Shown: piece by piece, positions 41,413 to 52,500 of the stretch
How positions within the stretch are numbered: the stretch's first letter is position 1
Layout: every line of letters starts with the position of its first letter
Assembly: GCA_036172245.1 (NCBI GenBank)
Contig: JAYWIR010000112.1
Location: 62,001-126,000 of the forward strand
DNA from: Raillietiella orientalis
Lineage: Eukaryota
DNA length: 64,000 bases
Reading direction: 5' to 3'
Made by a program: the position numbers and the translations under genes
The notes under the pieces: generated by a model
The model's database searches: none
Told to the model about the DNA's origin: nothing
The model's input: only the letters and a program-made list of their open reading frames with translations

Positions 41413-43989
41413 CATGGAGGTGAAGGCACCTACACCGAAAGCTCCGGCTCCCGCGCCAGCGAGGGACTACAGCGCCGTGGTCGCCGCACCATCTGCAGCG
41501 GCCATGGCCGAGACCCAGGCTCACAAGGCCTACAACTACAATCCGAGCCTGGTGTATAAGGTAGGCCGGGTGTTCGATGATCGTGTGGCGCGCTCCTTCG
41601 AGCAAGAGCTGCACCGTTTGAATGTTAACAAGGATGATATGTTGAGTCTCTCCATCCGCAGCGGGGGCAGCATTTCGATCTGACCTGCAAAGAAGCAGGG
41701 TTGGCACAAAGACTGCTGCGGACCCCCGTTAGGATCGAAGGCCGCCAGATCTTCCCTGTCCCGTTGGACAACTCAATAGTAGTCCACCTCCGCGGAATCA
41801 CCCTACGGATGCACCCGAGCGCCGTCAGGGCTGAACTGAGCGAATTCGGCACCGCGCACGCACTGTGGGCGAAGCCCAACAGACTCCGTACTTATGACGG
41901 ACTTCTAAGCGGGCTCGCTGCTGCGCGCATCACGGTAGCCAAGGACGTGGGGATTCCCCACAAACTGGTTGTCGACGGAGATATTGTCCACATCTGGTAT
42001 CTGGGGAAACACAAATACTGTGATGCTACAAGGCACGTGAAGAAACGCTGACCCAACATCACCTGCCGCAAGTGCGAGGCAACCGGGCACACGGAAGAAG
42101 TGTACCCTAAAAAGACTCCGCGCGCGCTGGCTGCTGCCGCAAGCGGCACCAAAGGGAGTAAAAAGAAGTCTAGCAAGCCCAGGCCGTCGGCTGAAAAAAG
42201 GTTGACGCAGAGCCAGCTGAAAAGGCCGTGCCGACCACCCCGTCTGCGGAAACGCAGGCAAATGGGGTGGAAGGAGAAGACCCTAACTGACATAAGGTTA
42301 GCAATAGAAGAGAGAATTTAAAAAAGAAGAATAAAGTCCCTACAAAAACCGCGAAACCCGCGATAAAGCAAGGACTGAAAAAATGCACGATCTCACTGAA
42401 GCGTCTTACAAACGCTGAAGTGCCGTCCGAACAGTCCGTTGCCATGTGCAACAACGCTGACAGCCCCGTTCTCTGTGCAAACAGCGGTCGAGAGCTGCGA
42501 CGAGGGGGAGAGCCGCCAAGACGCGGACTTTGCAAAAGCCGCCTCCGAGCTCGCCGCCTCCGAGCTCGCCGCCGCCGTTCCGCAATCACCTACAAAGGGC
42601 AGGAAGAAGGCCGTTCGACGTCTGGCCGAAAGGAGGGGGACCGGGACCTCGTACTCGGACCCGGGGGCCGGACACGCACCATCCGCGTCTGCACCCCCGA
42701 GGAAGACCGGACGGAAAATCCGTAACCCGAGGAGGATCGTCTCCTCTGAGTAAGGGGAATCCTCCGAAAAAGAGGGTGCGGCGAGCGTGGGAGAAATGGA
42801 CACGAGTCCTGAACTCCTACGCCCGGTCGAGACGGAGCCGATGGAGGCGGAGGGGGCCGTTGAGGTGCCCCCACCGCAGAGGAAAAAGAAAGCATCCCGC
42901 CCGATAGTGAGGCGGGAGACGCTGCCTCACTTTCCCAGCAGTAATGCCGGGACTCGCCACCTGCCGTCAAATCCGCATCGCCAGTTGGAACGTCAACGGG
43001 CATTGCGATGACGGCAGGAGACGAGACATAGCTGCCACCTTGCAAGCCTTCGACCTCGTGTTGCTGCAGGAGATCCATCAGATCTCCGCAGAACATGCGC
43101 GGGAGATCGAAAGGATGGCAGGTGGTCAGCTTATGTGGCGATGCGGTCACCGCCGTGCGCGCGGGGTCGCTTTCCTTCTGAAGTCTGCCTTACAACGTGC
43201 GGTGCGGAAAGTTCGTTTCGATGAGACAGGTCGAGTCGAGCAAATCATCTTCAGATAGTCCGGCTCGATCGATCTCGTCGTCACGAACGTGTACGCGCCG
43301 AGCGGCGGTCACGCGCGAGTGGCACGGACGGCATTCTTCCGTGCGTTCAAGCGCGACTGGCTGTCGGAGGCAGGCGTGCGAAGGCCGCACCTAATAGCAG
43401 GCGATTTTAATATTCGTCTGCTATCAGGTGCCGCGAGAACAGAGGCCACCCCGGTTAGAGATAGCGCCGGTGCATCGCTGTTGGCGGGGACGCCGGGATG
43501 GAGCGGAGCGTGGACCACGTCTTCCTCGACGATCACCTGCACTGTCGCATGGGCAGGAGAAGTAAGATACAGTCCGCTGTCTCCGATCATTCCCGTGTGG
43601 AATTCGTCATACGCCCGCGCGACAGAGGGCCCCCCTCGCAGGCGTGGCGTTAACCAGGGGACTGGCTGACGAAACCAGGCGCAGCGGAACACTTCCGCGC
43701 GTACTTGCAAGGTTTCAGTCTGCAGACTCTCGACGACTGGGACGATTTGAAAGTCTCGGTCCAAGAGTTCTGCCAGCAGTCCCCTATGGACCGTCTTTTG
43801 AAAGGATTTGGAGAAGTTGTTCGGAGCGAGAGGGCTTACCTGCAGGCCCGTCGTTACACGCGAACACACGACGTCCGAAGACTGGCGGAATTTAAAGCTG
43901 GGGCAGAGCGGCAGGCATAGCAATCCGGGTCTGCCAGCTTGCTGGACCACCAGGATCGGGAGCGCTCGGCCCCAACCGCGATCAGGCAC
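41413..43989 (+). mobile_element. Element F: 5' half of a LINE (ORF1 41414-42944, ORF2 start 42944-43989), disrupted
   Basis: ORF1 MEVKAP..PSLVYKVG..VHIWYLGKHKYC is homologous to B ORF1. A TAATG junction lies at 42942-42946. ORF2 reads IRIASWNVNG..DLVLLQEIH..NVYAP..LIAGDFN..WDDLK, with stops and frameshifts, and breaks off at 43989. Confidence 0.92.
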
Positions 43990-44200
43990 CGACCTCTGGT
44001 AAGTGGGGAAACCCCGCTATTGTGGCTACTTCAACGCAGTAGGGCATTTGCGCAAGCAGTGCGCTATCATTCAGTGCCACTTGCGCGGAGTTAAGGGACA
44101 CGTTCGTCGTGTGCGCCATAAACGTCTCACCCTGGTGCCACCTGCAGCCAAAATGGCGCAAGTGAAAAAATCGAGAAAGGCCTAAATACCCAAAAGAGAA
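43990..44200 (+). mobile_element. Element C segment 1: ORF1 zinc-knuckle region (5'-truncated)
   Basis: DLW*VGKPRYCGYFNAVGHLRKQCAIIQCHLRGVKGHVRRV matches B ORF1 DLWYLGKPPNCGYCNTVGNLRKRCPNIQCHLCGEKGHVRRV. Its assignment to the same copy as segments 2-3 is inferred from colinearity. Confidence 0.8.
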
Positions 44201-45116
44201 ACTGGCCCGCCCCAGCCGCCATCTCCTCTTCTGGACGTCCCGGGAACTAGCGGACGCTAGTACCCTGAGTGTCCCGCCGAATGGACTTTCACGCTGGGGC
44301 GCGCTGCTCGAAGTACCTCCGGAGGAGGTGAAGTGGCCCTTGGCGTCGTGGGATAACGGCACCCTTCCCCTGCAGTGGCAGGAGACGGCGTTGCTTCTGC
44401 TCCATTGGCGACTGTTAAGCAGAGCGCGCTTGTCTCGCTGGACACCGGGGAGTGTGGATGCTAATCGCACAGACTGTGGGGAAAGAGAAACTTTCCTCAC
44501 TTGATCATTGAGTGCGTTGCCCTTCGCGATATGTGGGACCGACCCTCGTCGATCTTCAACATTCCGTGGGGCGACCCGAAGAACATTTTCCGACTACCGA
44601 TGCGGGACTCCCTGCTAGCTTCCGGGTGTGTAGCAATGCTCTGTTGCATACGCGGAATACTGGACAAGTGGACCGCGTCAAGGAGAGGACATTCCAGTCG
44701 GAATGCCATCCACTGGGCAACCATCTCCTTGGAGAAGGCCTGCCGTTGGCGCCGACTTGGAAAACATTTACAGGCACTCGTCCGCATCCGTGACCGGATA
44801 AAGAGGTATCCTCACGGCGTACCGTGATTCCTTCCCTTCCCTTCCCTTACCGAAGGAGATATTCCCCCAGGCGTTTTCTTTTTTTTTGTTTATTTTTGTT
44901 TTTCCCCGCCCCTCCACCAGTGTGGAGGACCTTATCGGCCTTCGGGTTGGTAAGGACAAGTTCCACAAGACATTCGAACCATATGTTCCTACTGAAAAAC
45001 AAGAACAACAACAAAAAAAAAACAAAAAACAAATCATGACTTTATTATGAAATTTTTGTTTGTGTGTATTTTGAAAAATTTTAATAATAAAAGCCTTGGC
45101 TCACCCGGGTAAAAAA
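44200..45116 (+). mobile_element. Element E: 5'-truncated LINE (ORF2 C-terminus to TGA 44825-44827, 3' UTR, terminus)
   Basis: WTSRELADAS..WGALLEVPPEEVKWP..DCGERETFPHLIIECVALR; T-rich UTR; ends AATAAAAGCCTTGGCTCACCCGGGTAAAAAA. The left boundary is uncertain by about 25 bp. Confidence 0.9.
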
Positions 45117-45250
45117 CCCACTGTTGAAAATGTTAGCGTGGGGAGCGAACCGGCAGAAGCGTACGTCATCGAGACCGTGATCGATGACGCCGCCTTCGAG
45201 CGTGCGGCGGAGGAACTCGCTGCATCGTTGCAGCCAGACCCCTCCAAGGC
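45117..45250 (+). mobile_element. Element C segment 2: ORF1 tail up to the B insertion site
   Basis: DDAAFERAAEELAASLQPDPSKA matches B ORF1 GDAAFAQAAEELAATL and continues in register at 57541 (KAGKKAVRRPA). Confidence 0.85.
45241..45250 (+). repeat. Left target-site duplication of element B (partner 57541-57550)
   Basis: CCTCCAAGGC vs CCTCGAAGGC (9/10). Removing B restores the C ORF1 frame. Confidence 0.85.
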
Positions 45251-45280
45251 AAGTTGGAGGACGTGTTTTTCCTTCACTCC
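45251..45280 (+). promoter_or_regulatory. Conserved LINE 5'-end motif GGACGTG + pyrimidine tract (putative internal promoter); second copy 47539-47568
   Basis: AAGTTGGAGGACGTGTTTTTCCTTC (B) vs GAGTGCGGACGTGCTTTTCTTC (A), each directly inside the TSD. Function is inferred. Confidence 0.5.
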
Positions 45281-45344
45281 TCAAAGAGTAGTTGGAAAGA
45301 GGTTTTTCTTGTGTGTGGTGCATTGTGTACATCGTCGGTGTCCA

Positions 45345-47070
45345 ATGGCCACGATGCCAGAGGACACCGCGATGGAGGTGGGCGTGGGGGAGACTAGTTC
45401 ACCCCCACAGCCTACTGGAGCAGGGGCAGCCGCCCCGGAATCATCCATGGCCACGCCGAGGACATGAAGCGCGATGGTGGCCGCGCCCTGTGCGGAAGCC
45501 ATGGCAGAGATGGCCGCATACAAGGCCTCCGTGTACATGCCATCGCTTGTCTACCAAGTAGGCAACTTGTTTGACGCATTTAGCAGGGCCCTGCAGGAGG
45601 CGAATATACTAGAAAAGGAACTTGACGGCCCCTCCGTCCTCAGCAGCGGGCAGCGGGTCGAGGTGGTGTGTGGGGACGTCACCTTGGCTCACCGCCTGAT
45701 TCATGCGCCGCTGAACGTTAACGGCCGCAAGATCCTGCCAGTGTCAACGGACCACTCCGTGGAGGTCCACATGACCGGCATTAGCAGCCGCATGGCTCGC
45801 TCTGCGGTCGGAGAACTACGAAAGTTCGGGGAGGTGCACGCACTGTGGCCCAAACCCACCATTTTTGACGGCTACGGTAGCCTTTTTGGTGGTCAGGCTG
45901 CAGCGCGGGTGACCGTAAAAGAAAATTGTGGACTTCTCCACAAACTGAAGGTCGCGCAAGAAAGCGTGGACCTTTGGTACTTGGGGAAACCACCAAACTG
46001 CGGATACTGTAATACCGTGGGAAACCTCCGTAAGAGGTGTCCTAACATCCAGTGCCACCTGTGCGGGGAAAAGGGCCACGTTCGGCGTGTGGGCCCCAAG
46101 TACCCCACTCCAAATCCCCCTGCCGCAAAAAAAGCGCAGGGGAAACGTGGCTCGAAGGTCGCAAGACCTAAGGCGGAAAGTGTCCGGCAGAAACTGCTAG
46201 CACCTCAACTTCCGGCGCCAAAGCCGGAGGATAAACCTTTCGAAGTAATGGAACGGGAAGAGGGCGTGCAACTTGTTGCTCCCAGAAAAGCCAAGAAAGG
46301 CCCATCCGCGAAGAGCGTAAGCCGGTAGGTAAGCCGAAAAAACCCGGTCCTCGCTCGAAGACTCTGCGCGAGTGCACGGTGGCACTGGAACGAATCGTCG
46401 TTTCCGAGGCTGCCACCCGAAGCGACGAGCCTCCCCTCGCCGTTTCCGCCGCTCCCGAGGTTCGCGACGTCGAACCCTCTGATTATACAGAGGGTGAGCC
46501 GCGCGACATAGCGCCGGTCGAAACCGGGGACGCTGCGTTCGCGCAGGCGGCGGAGGAGCTCGCGGCAACACTGGCCGAGCGTGAGAACCCCTTGCGCAAG
46601 GCCGTGCGAAGGCCGGCTCCGTCGAAGAAGGCCCCCACAGGTGAGTGCGACCTGGGAGACGGAAGCACATCCTCCTCCTCGGAGGCACCCCCAGGAAGTC
46701 GGGACGCAAGTCCCAGAAGCTCAGGAGGCGCCTCCACTCCACCAGCGAGGAGGAGAAGACGGAAGCCGTTGCCAGCGTGGGAAGTTCGGATGACGAATTC
46801 CCACGCTCGGAAACCGTCGATCCGGCCACCCTCATGGAGGAGGGTGAACAGGGGGGTGAAGTCCCCTCTGCAGGCGTCGACCCTGAACAGCCCGCCCCCA
46901 TGGAGGAGGGTGAACAGGTAGGCGCGACCCCACCTGTGGGTGACCCGCTCGACGCGCCGTTACCTATGCAGGAGGGGGACCAGGTGCCATCAGCACCTGA
47001 CCCTCCTCCTCCACCTAGCGTCCCGCCTCACCAGTTGGCGGACGCCGCTTCGCCATTTTCCCAGGAGTAA
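45345..47070 (+). pseudogene. Element B ORF1 (RRM-like region + two CCHC-type knuckles + acidic/Pro-rich tail), disrupted
   Basis: ATG at 45345, in-frame TGA at 45465, ORFs 45474-46328, 46379-46921 and 46645-47070. Knuckles read CGYCNTVGNLRKRC and CHLCGEKGHVRRV. Confidence 0.85.
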
Positions 47071-47538
47071 CACCTGGGCTCGCCAGTCGGCTTCGGATTC
47101 GCGCGGTCTCTTGCAATGTTAACGGTCTGCGCGACGACGGTAACAGGCGAGATACAGCTGACACCCTGAGGGAGTTCGACCTCGCCCTGTTGCAGAAGAT
47201 CCATGTGATCACCACGGCAGACGTGGAGGAGCTCGAGACGATCGCAGGCGGTAGGCAGTACTGGCAATGCGGCATCCGCAACACTTGCAGGGACGCGTTC
47301 TTCGTGAAGCCGGCCATCGACGCTGCCGTGAAGGGCGTGCGCTTCGATGACGACGGTCGGGTCGGTCAGCTGATTCTCGGCTGGTCCGACTCGATCGATC
47401 TCATCGTTACGAATGTGTACGCCCCAACCGGTCAACAGGGATACAGCAACCGTACCAGGTTGCTTGAATCCCTGAAGCGCGAGTGGTTGGCGCACACGAG
47501 CGTGCGAAAGGCTCACCTGATAGCGGAATATTTTAATC
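47070..47538 (+). pseudogene. Element B ORF2, N-terminal endonuclease part
   Basis: VSCNVNGL..FDLALLQKIH..NVYAP..HLIAEYFN; the GDFN-equivalent motif is cut by element A. Confidence 0.88.
47530..47538 (+). repeat. Left target-site duplication of element A (partner 54201-54209)
   Basis: ATTTTAATC vs ATTTCAATC (8/9). Removing A restores B ORF2 ..HLIAEYFNLRL.. Confidence 0.82.
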
Positions 47539-47616
47539 GAGTGCGGACGTGCTTTTCTTCGCTCTCGTCTCCGTGCTTTAATCCGCTTCATCTTGGCGTC
47601 GTACATTTTGACGACG

Positions 47617-49546
47617 ATGTCGACCCAACTTGAAGCTACTGAAGTTGGAGGAAGGGCATCCGAATCTGCAATCGCGAAACCAACGGCCGCCTCCACTTCG
47701 TCTATCTCGCCAATGGAGAAGAGTTTTGCTGACGTTGCTGCCACAGCAGCCGTCAAAGGGAAACCACTCGACGAGTCGGAGTTGCGGGCATACGTAGCCC
47801 AAGGCTATAGACCTGCTCTCCGATATGAGGTGAGTGGTTTTCTTTCTGCGCGCGACGGGAATCAGTTCAACGATGAACTGACCCGTGTTGGCGTGCGGGA
47901 GGAGGACCTTCTCGCCATTATGCCCGTAAAAGACATGGGCTATTTCAAGGTGCGTTGCAAAGACGCTGCACTTGCGCAACGCTTACTGCGCACCCGGTTG
48001 TCGATCCGTCGCCAGAAGGTCTTCCCGGCCGCCATGGACGACTCATTTGTGGCGGAGATTTTCGACATCGAGTTGGAAATCTCCGATATTGATATTCGGA
48101 ACGCGTTGGCGAAATTCGCCACGGTCCATGCGCTGTGGAGGGTGCGTAGCAACCGCAAGGACTTCCCGTCCATACACAGCGGAGTCGCTGGAGTCCAGCT
48201 TACAATGCCGGACTGCCGTCTGCTGACCACCAAACTACAGGTGAAAGACACGTTCGTTCACCTGTGGTTCGTGGGCAAAGTAAGAACGTGCGAGCAATGC
48301 GGGAAGGAGGGGCATTGTTTGGATAAATGCCCCTCTGGAAAATGCCTTTATTGCAAATTATCCGGGCACCAATTGAAAAATTGCCCGGATCTTTTGCGAA
48401 AAAAGGCAGCCGCGGAGCTTCATTTTAAAAAACAAAGCGCGGATAAAAAGAAAAAATCTGCGAAAACCTGGAGAATCCACGGAAGAAATTCCGAAAAAAC
48501 GCGAGGCGGAATGTCGCCCCAAAGCAGCAGGAAACCTCGCACGCGAAGCCCTGCGCGCCCCCTCTCGCTGCAGGGGAGCCGCAAAAGAAAGGGTGCGGGG
48601 AATCCGGGGCAATAATAAGTCCCCCTAGGCGCAATAGCGGTCCTTTCCAAGCACGCCCGGCTCTCTCGAAGTTCGAGCAATCGAGCAACCGGCGGGGACG
48701 ACAATGGACAACGGCGGTAAGGAAACTTCCAGTACCGTCAGATCCATTCCTTCACCTCCTGCAGTGGCTGAGAAGCCCAAATCGGGTAAGAATGGTTGTG
48801 CCGTGTCGACTTCGAAAGTCGGCAAAAAAAAATCCGCGTCGCGAAACAACGCCGCGAAAGCGGAGAAAAATCTCAAGCCGTCGCAGTCGGAGAGCAAGCT
48901 CTCGACTGGCGCGGATGCCATGCCAACGAAGGGATTGAAAGCCATTCCGAAGGCAACGTCCATGACGAGCGTGTCGAAGCCATCCAAAGTGCTCCCGTCC
49001 AAAGACGCGGATGGCTTCAAAGATGGCAATGGAGCACAATCTCCATTTACGGCGCCACGCGAAGTGAGGAACCGTAATGAAGTAAAGAAGACTTCAGCAA
49101 AGGTCCTTCGTGCAACTGCGCGTGAGCACGCTGAAAACGCGCGCGCCGGGAAAGCAGCCGTCACCAAAATCGATGCTCTGGAGACGGAAAAAGACAACAA
49201 GACAGCTGTCAATCCAGCAGAACCTGTCACTACTTCGCGGAAGGCCGGAACCCGATCGAACATGCGCCGGTCGGACTCCGAAATGGATGCCGTTCCGATC
49301 ACCGAAACGAGGACAACTCGTTCGAAAGCGTGTGCGCGCCGATCAAAAGTAGGCAGCCAGGCAACGCTCGCCGCGAAGCCACGCGAAGTCTCCACGAAAC
49401 CCGACGGGGTTAAGCCTGGCGTGGAGGCATTTCATGCATGCAGCACGACAGAGGACGGTGGCGAACGTCCCCTCCAGCCAGTCGTGCTGCTCGCCGTCTG
49501 CTCGCCGGATAAAGCGAGCAAAAAGCCGCCACCTTCCCAGCAGTAA
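47617..49546 (+). pseudogene. Element A ORF1 (RRM-like + 2 CCHC knuckles + long K/S/A-rich tail), frameshifted
   Basis: ORF 47593-48615 has intact CEQCGKEGHCLDKC and CLYCKLSGHQLKNC. The tail continues in ORF 48704-49546. Confidence 0.9.
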
Positions 49547-52500
49547 TGCGGGGAATCGCTTCTTCTCGTCGTCTGTCCGTAACGTGTTGGAACGTGAACG
49601 GACTACAGAACGACGAGAAGAGGCGATTCGTAGCCAACGCCCTGCGCCCCTTCGACCTCGCGCTCCTGTAGGAGATTCACGTAATCTCCGACGAGCAGGC
49701 AGCCTAAATCGAGGAGCGCGCAGATGGAACGCTACATTGGCGGTGCGGCGGCGCACACACGTGCGGCGTCGAATTCCTCGTAAGAAGAAAAATGGCGGAA
49801 GCGGTGCGTAGTGTTCGTTTCGATGATGACGGACGGATAGGCCAGCTTGTCATCAAGTGGTCCGAGTCCATCGATCTCGTCGTTACGAACGTCTACGCGC
49901 CGAGTGGCTCTCGCTACCTCGAAGAAAGAGTAGCCTTCTTTGGTGAGGTGCAGTGCCACTGGCTCAACAACTCCGGTTTCCAAGTGGCGCACCTCGTCGC
50001 CGGGGAGTTGAACGTCAGCCTGCTCTCCGACGATTGGAGCCGCCCGAGGGAGCGCGCGCTGCCCATCGAGATGTGCGCGTACGTGCACGCCGCCAACTTG
50101 AAGGTAAGCGAACCTGGAATGGAAAGATCGCTCGATCACGTTTTCCTCGATGAAAACCTGCATTCGCGTGTGGGTAGGAGAGGAAGATTGTTGACTAGGC
50201 TTTCTGACCAACACAGGTTGGAGTTTGAGATCCTTTCGCCATGCAGGGGGCCTCCCTTGCAAAACTGGAAGATGCAAGTGGATTGGCTTAGCCAACCGGA
50301 GGCTGCGGAGCATCTACGTGGATACCTCCGAAGCTTTGCCATTCAAGAACTTGCGGACTGGGACGATCTCAAAAGATCTGTCCGCGAGTTCTGCTGCCAA
50401 TTCCCCTTGCACCGGCTTCCACGCGGTTTCGGAAAGGGCGTGGCCAACAGTAGAGACTTTCTGCAGGCCCGCACGTTTTCAAGACGCGCGGATGTCGGGC
50501 GTCTCCCAGAGTACAAGGCGAGGGCCGAGCGCCAGGTCTGGCAGTCCGGAGCAGCATGCCTGTTGGACGACAAGGACCAGGAATGTTCTGCCCCAGCCGA
50601 AGTACGCCGCATTGTGAGACGCTACTACTCCTCGCTGTACGCAAAATCTCCGACATAGTTTATTCTCTCTGAGATACTCCTGTCTCAGGATGCTCGTGCT
50701 GTCGGCGAGGAGGTACGCGAACGTCTCAACGAGCCCTTCACGGCGGATGAATTTTCGTTTGCCATCGCTGGGCTGAAGAGACGAAAGGCGCCAGGCGAGA
50801 ATGAGCTCCCTGCAGAGTTTTATCAGTGCTTTGAAGTGGAGCTCATTCCCTTGATGCTGAGACTCGGGACGCTGATGAGTGAATCCGGGAATGTCCTGGA
50901 TTCTTTCCGCTCAGCGAAGGTGCGTCTCCTGCCGAATGGCGGAGACTTGCGTCAACTCAACAACTGGCGTCCGATCACCTTGGTGAACTCGGACGTCAAG
51001 TTGTTTTCCAAGCTGTGGGTCGCGCGGTTAGGAAGTATCGCGGAATCTGTGGTGAGCCCGGAACAAACCTACGCGGTTCCGGGACGATCCGTAAAGGCGA
51101 ACATCCTTTTCGCGCGTACATGGATGCAGCTTCAGGAAGTTGTGGCGCAGCAAAGCCAGGCTGCTGAGAAACTCACTGCCGCAGGCAAGAAGAACAGGCG
51201 CCGACGGCAGGAGGGAACGCCAGGTGCCTTGGCGGTCGCGGTCGATCTCCACAAGGCGTTTGATTTTCACGCGGATTTGTCCGAGTCGTTTATGAAAAAA
51301 ATAAACTTTGTAAACAAATTATTAATGGCTGTGACAATGCTCCAGCCAGAGGCTAAGAACCACGGTGCATGCCAATTCACCGGTTAATTGACCGGTACGG
51401 TCCACCAAGGCAGCAGGGGAAAGGGGAAAAACAAAAAAACTAAACAAAAAAAAACAAAGTGTGGGAGGGAACGGGAAAGGATCACTGTTGCTGCTGGGGC
51501 CGCATCATCTTTCTCAGGATGCTGGCAAGCTCTTGTTTGTTGTGAACATCCAGATGGGGCCATCGCAACCCACTCCTTAGGAATTCGGAGGCGCACTGGA
51601 TGGCTTCCTGATCGCTAGATCCTCCCGTCGCCGTGCTCCAGGCGGCGACGATCCCACGAAGGCAGCACAAGGCTGCTATCGAGGACGCTGGCCGCAGGGC
51701 GTCGGCAACGAGGAAGGCGTTTAGTGGGTCCCTGTGGTTGCTGCAAGGGATACCGATGGCCGCATCAAAGCGGAACCCAAGGGGACGAAGGGCAACACAA
51801 TCCACTAGGAGGTGGGGGAGGGAATCCCGTTCCCCGCACCTTACACAATTGGGATCCACCGCTCCCCAGGTCCAGTGGTGTCGACGGTCGTTGCAGGGGA
51901 GTCTTCAGTGCTGCAACAGGAATGCCGACTCTTGCCATTTTAGGGGGAGGATGGAAGTGTTCATAAGAATCGGTGGCCACTTCAGATGTTCAATCGGAAC
52001 ATCCAGCAGCGCTCCCCAGCGCAGAAGTCCATTAAGAGGCGTACTCGGGGTCGCAGCATCATTTACTCAACTCCTGCTGTATTTGCGCGCGTGCTGGCGC
52101 CACGCGCTAACCTGCATCACTTTCAGCGGCTGCCGCGTGTATGGTATTCCCGTGCGTAGGGGCATCCAACAGCGCGACAGCTTAAGCCCGTTGCTCTTCA
52201 GCATCCTCTTTGAGTTGGTGCTTAGAGCATACAGGCTGACGCTGTGTCACTTGCCAAGCCCCTGCCCGGGAACGCCGGCCGTTGCCGCCTACGCTGATGA
52301 CCTGCTTCTTCTGCTCCCCATGTCCACCCCGGCGTCCAGTGTCGAGGATTTCTTCGACCTGATTCGTCGGAGAGCGGGCGTGAGCGTGAACAGAGAGAAG
52401 AGCGTGGTCGTTCCTGTGGGTACGACGTGGGAAAGGCAGTCCGACTGGATCCGCCTGGGGATCCCCACAAGCGGGTACTTTAAGTACCTTGGCGTTCCGT

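Noticed and set aside
41040..43989. H+F as one twin-primed (5'-inverted) insertion
   Set aside because: Twin priming inverts an internal or 5' segment. Here the inverted piece is a 3' terminus joined to an ORF1 start, which fits separate insertions better.
41040..45116. TIR DNA transposon or DIRS-like element bounded by inverted repeats
   Set aside because: The repeats are diverged LINE 3' ends with poly(A) signals. There is no TSD around the block and no transposase or tyrosine recombinase.
48625..49395. Long antisense ORFs over ORF1 tails (also 62458-63105, 46197-46901)
   Set aside because: These are expected shadows of GC-rich low-complexity coding sequence and are not conserved between copies.
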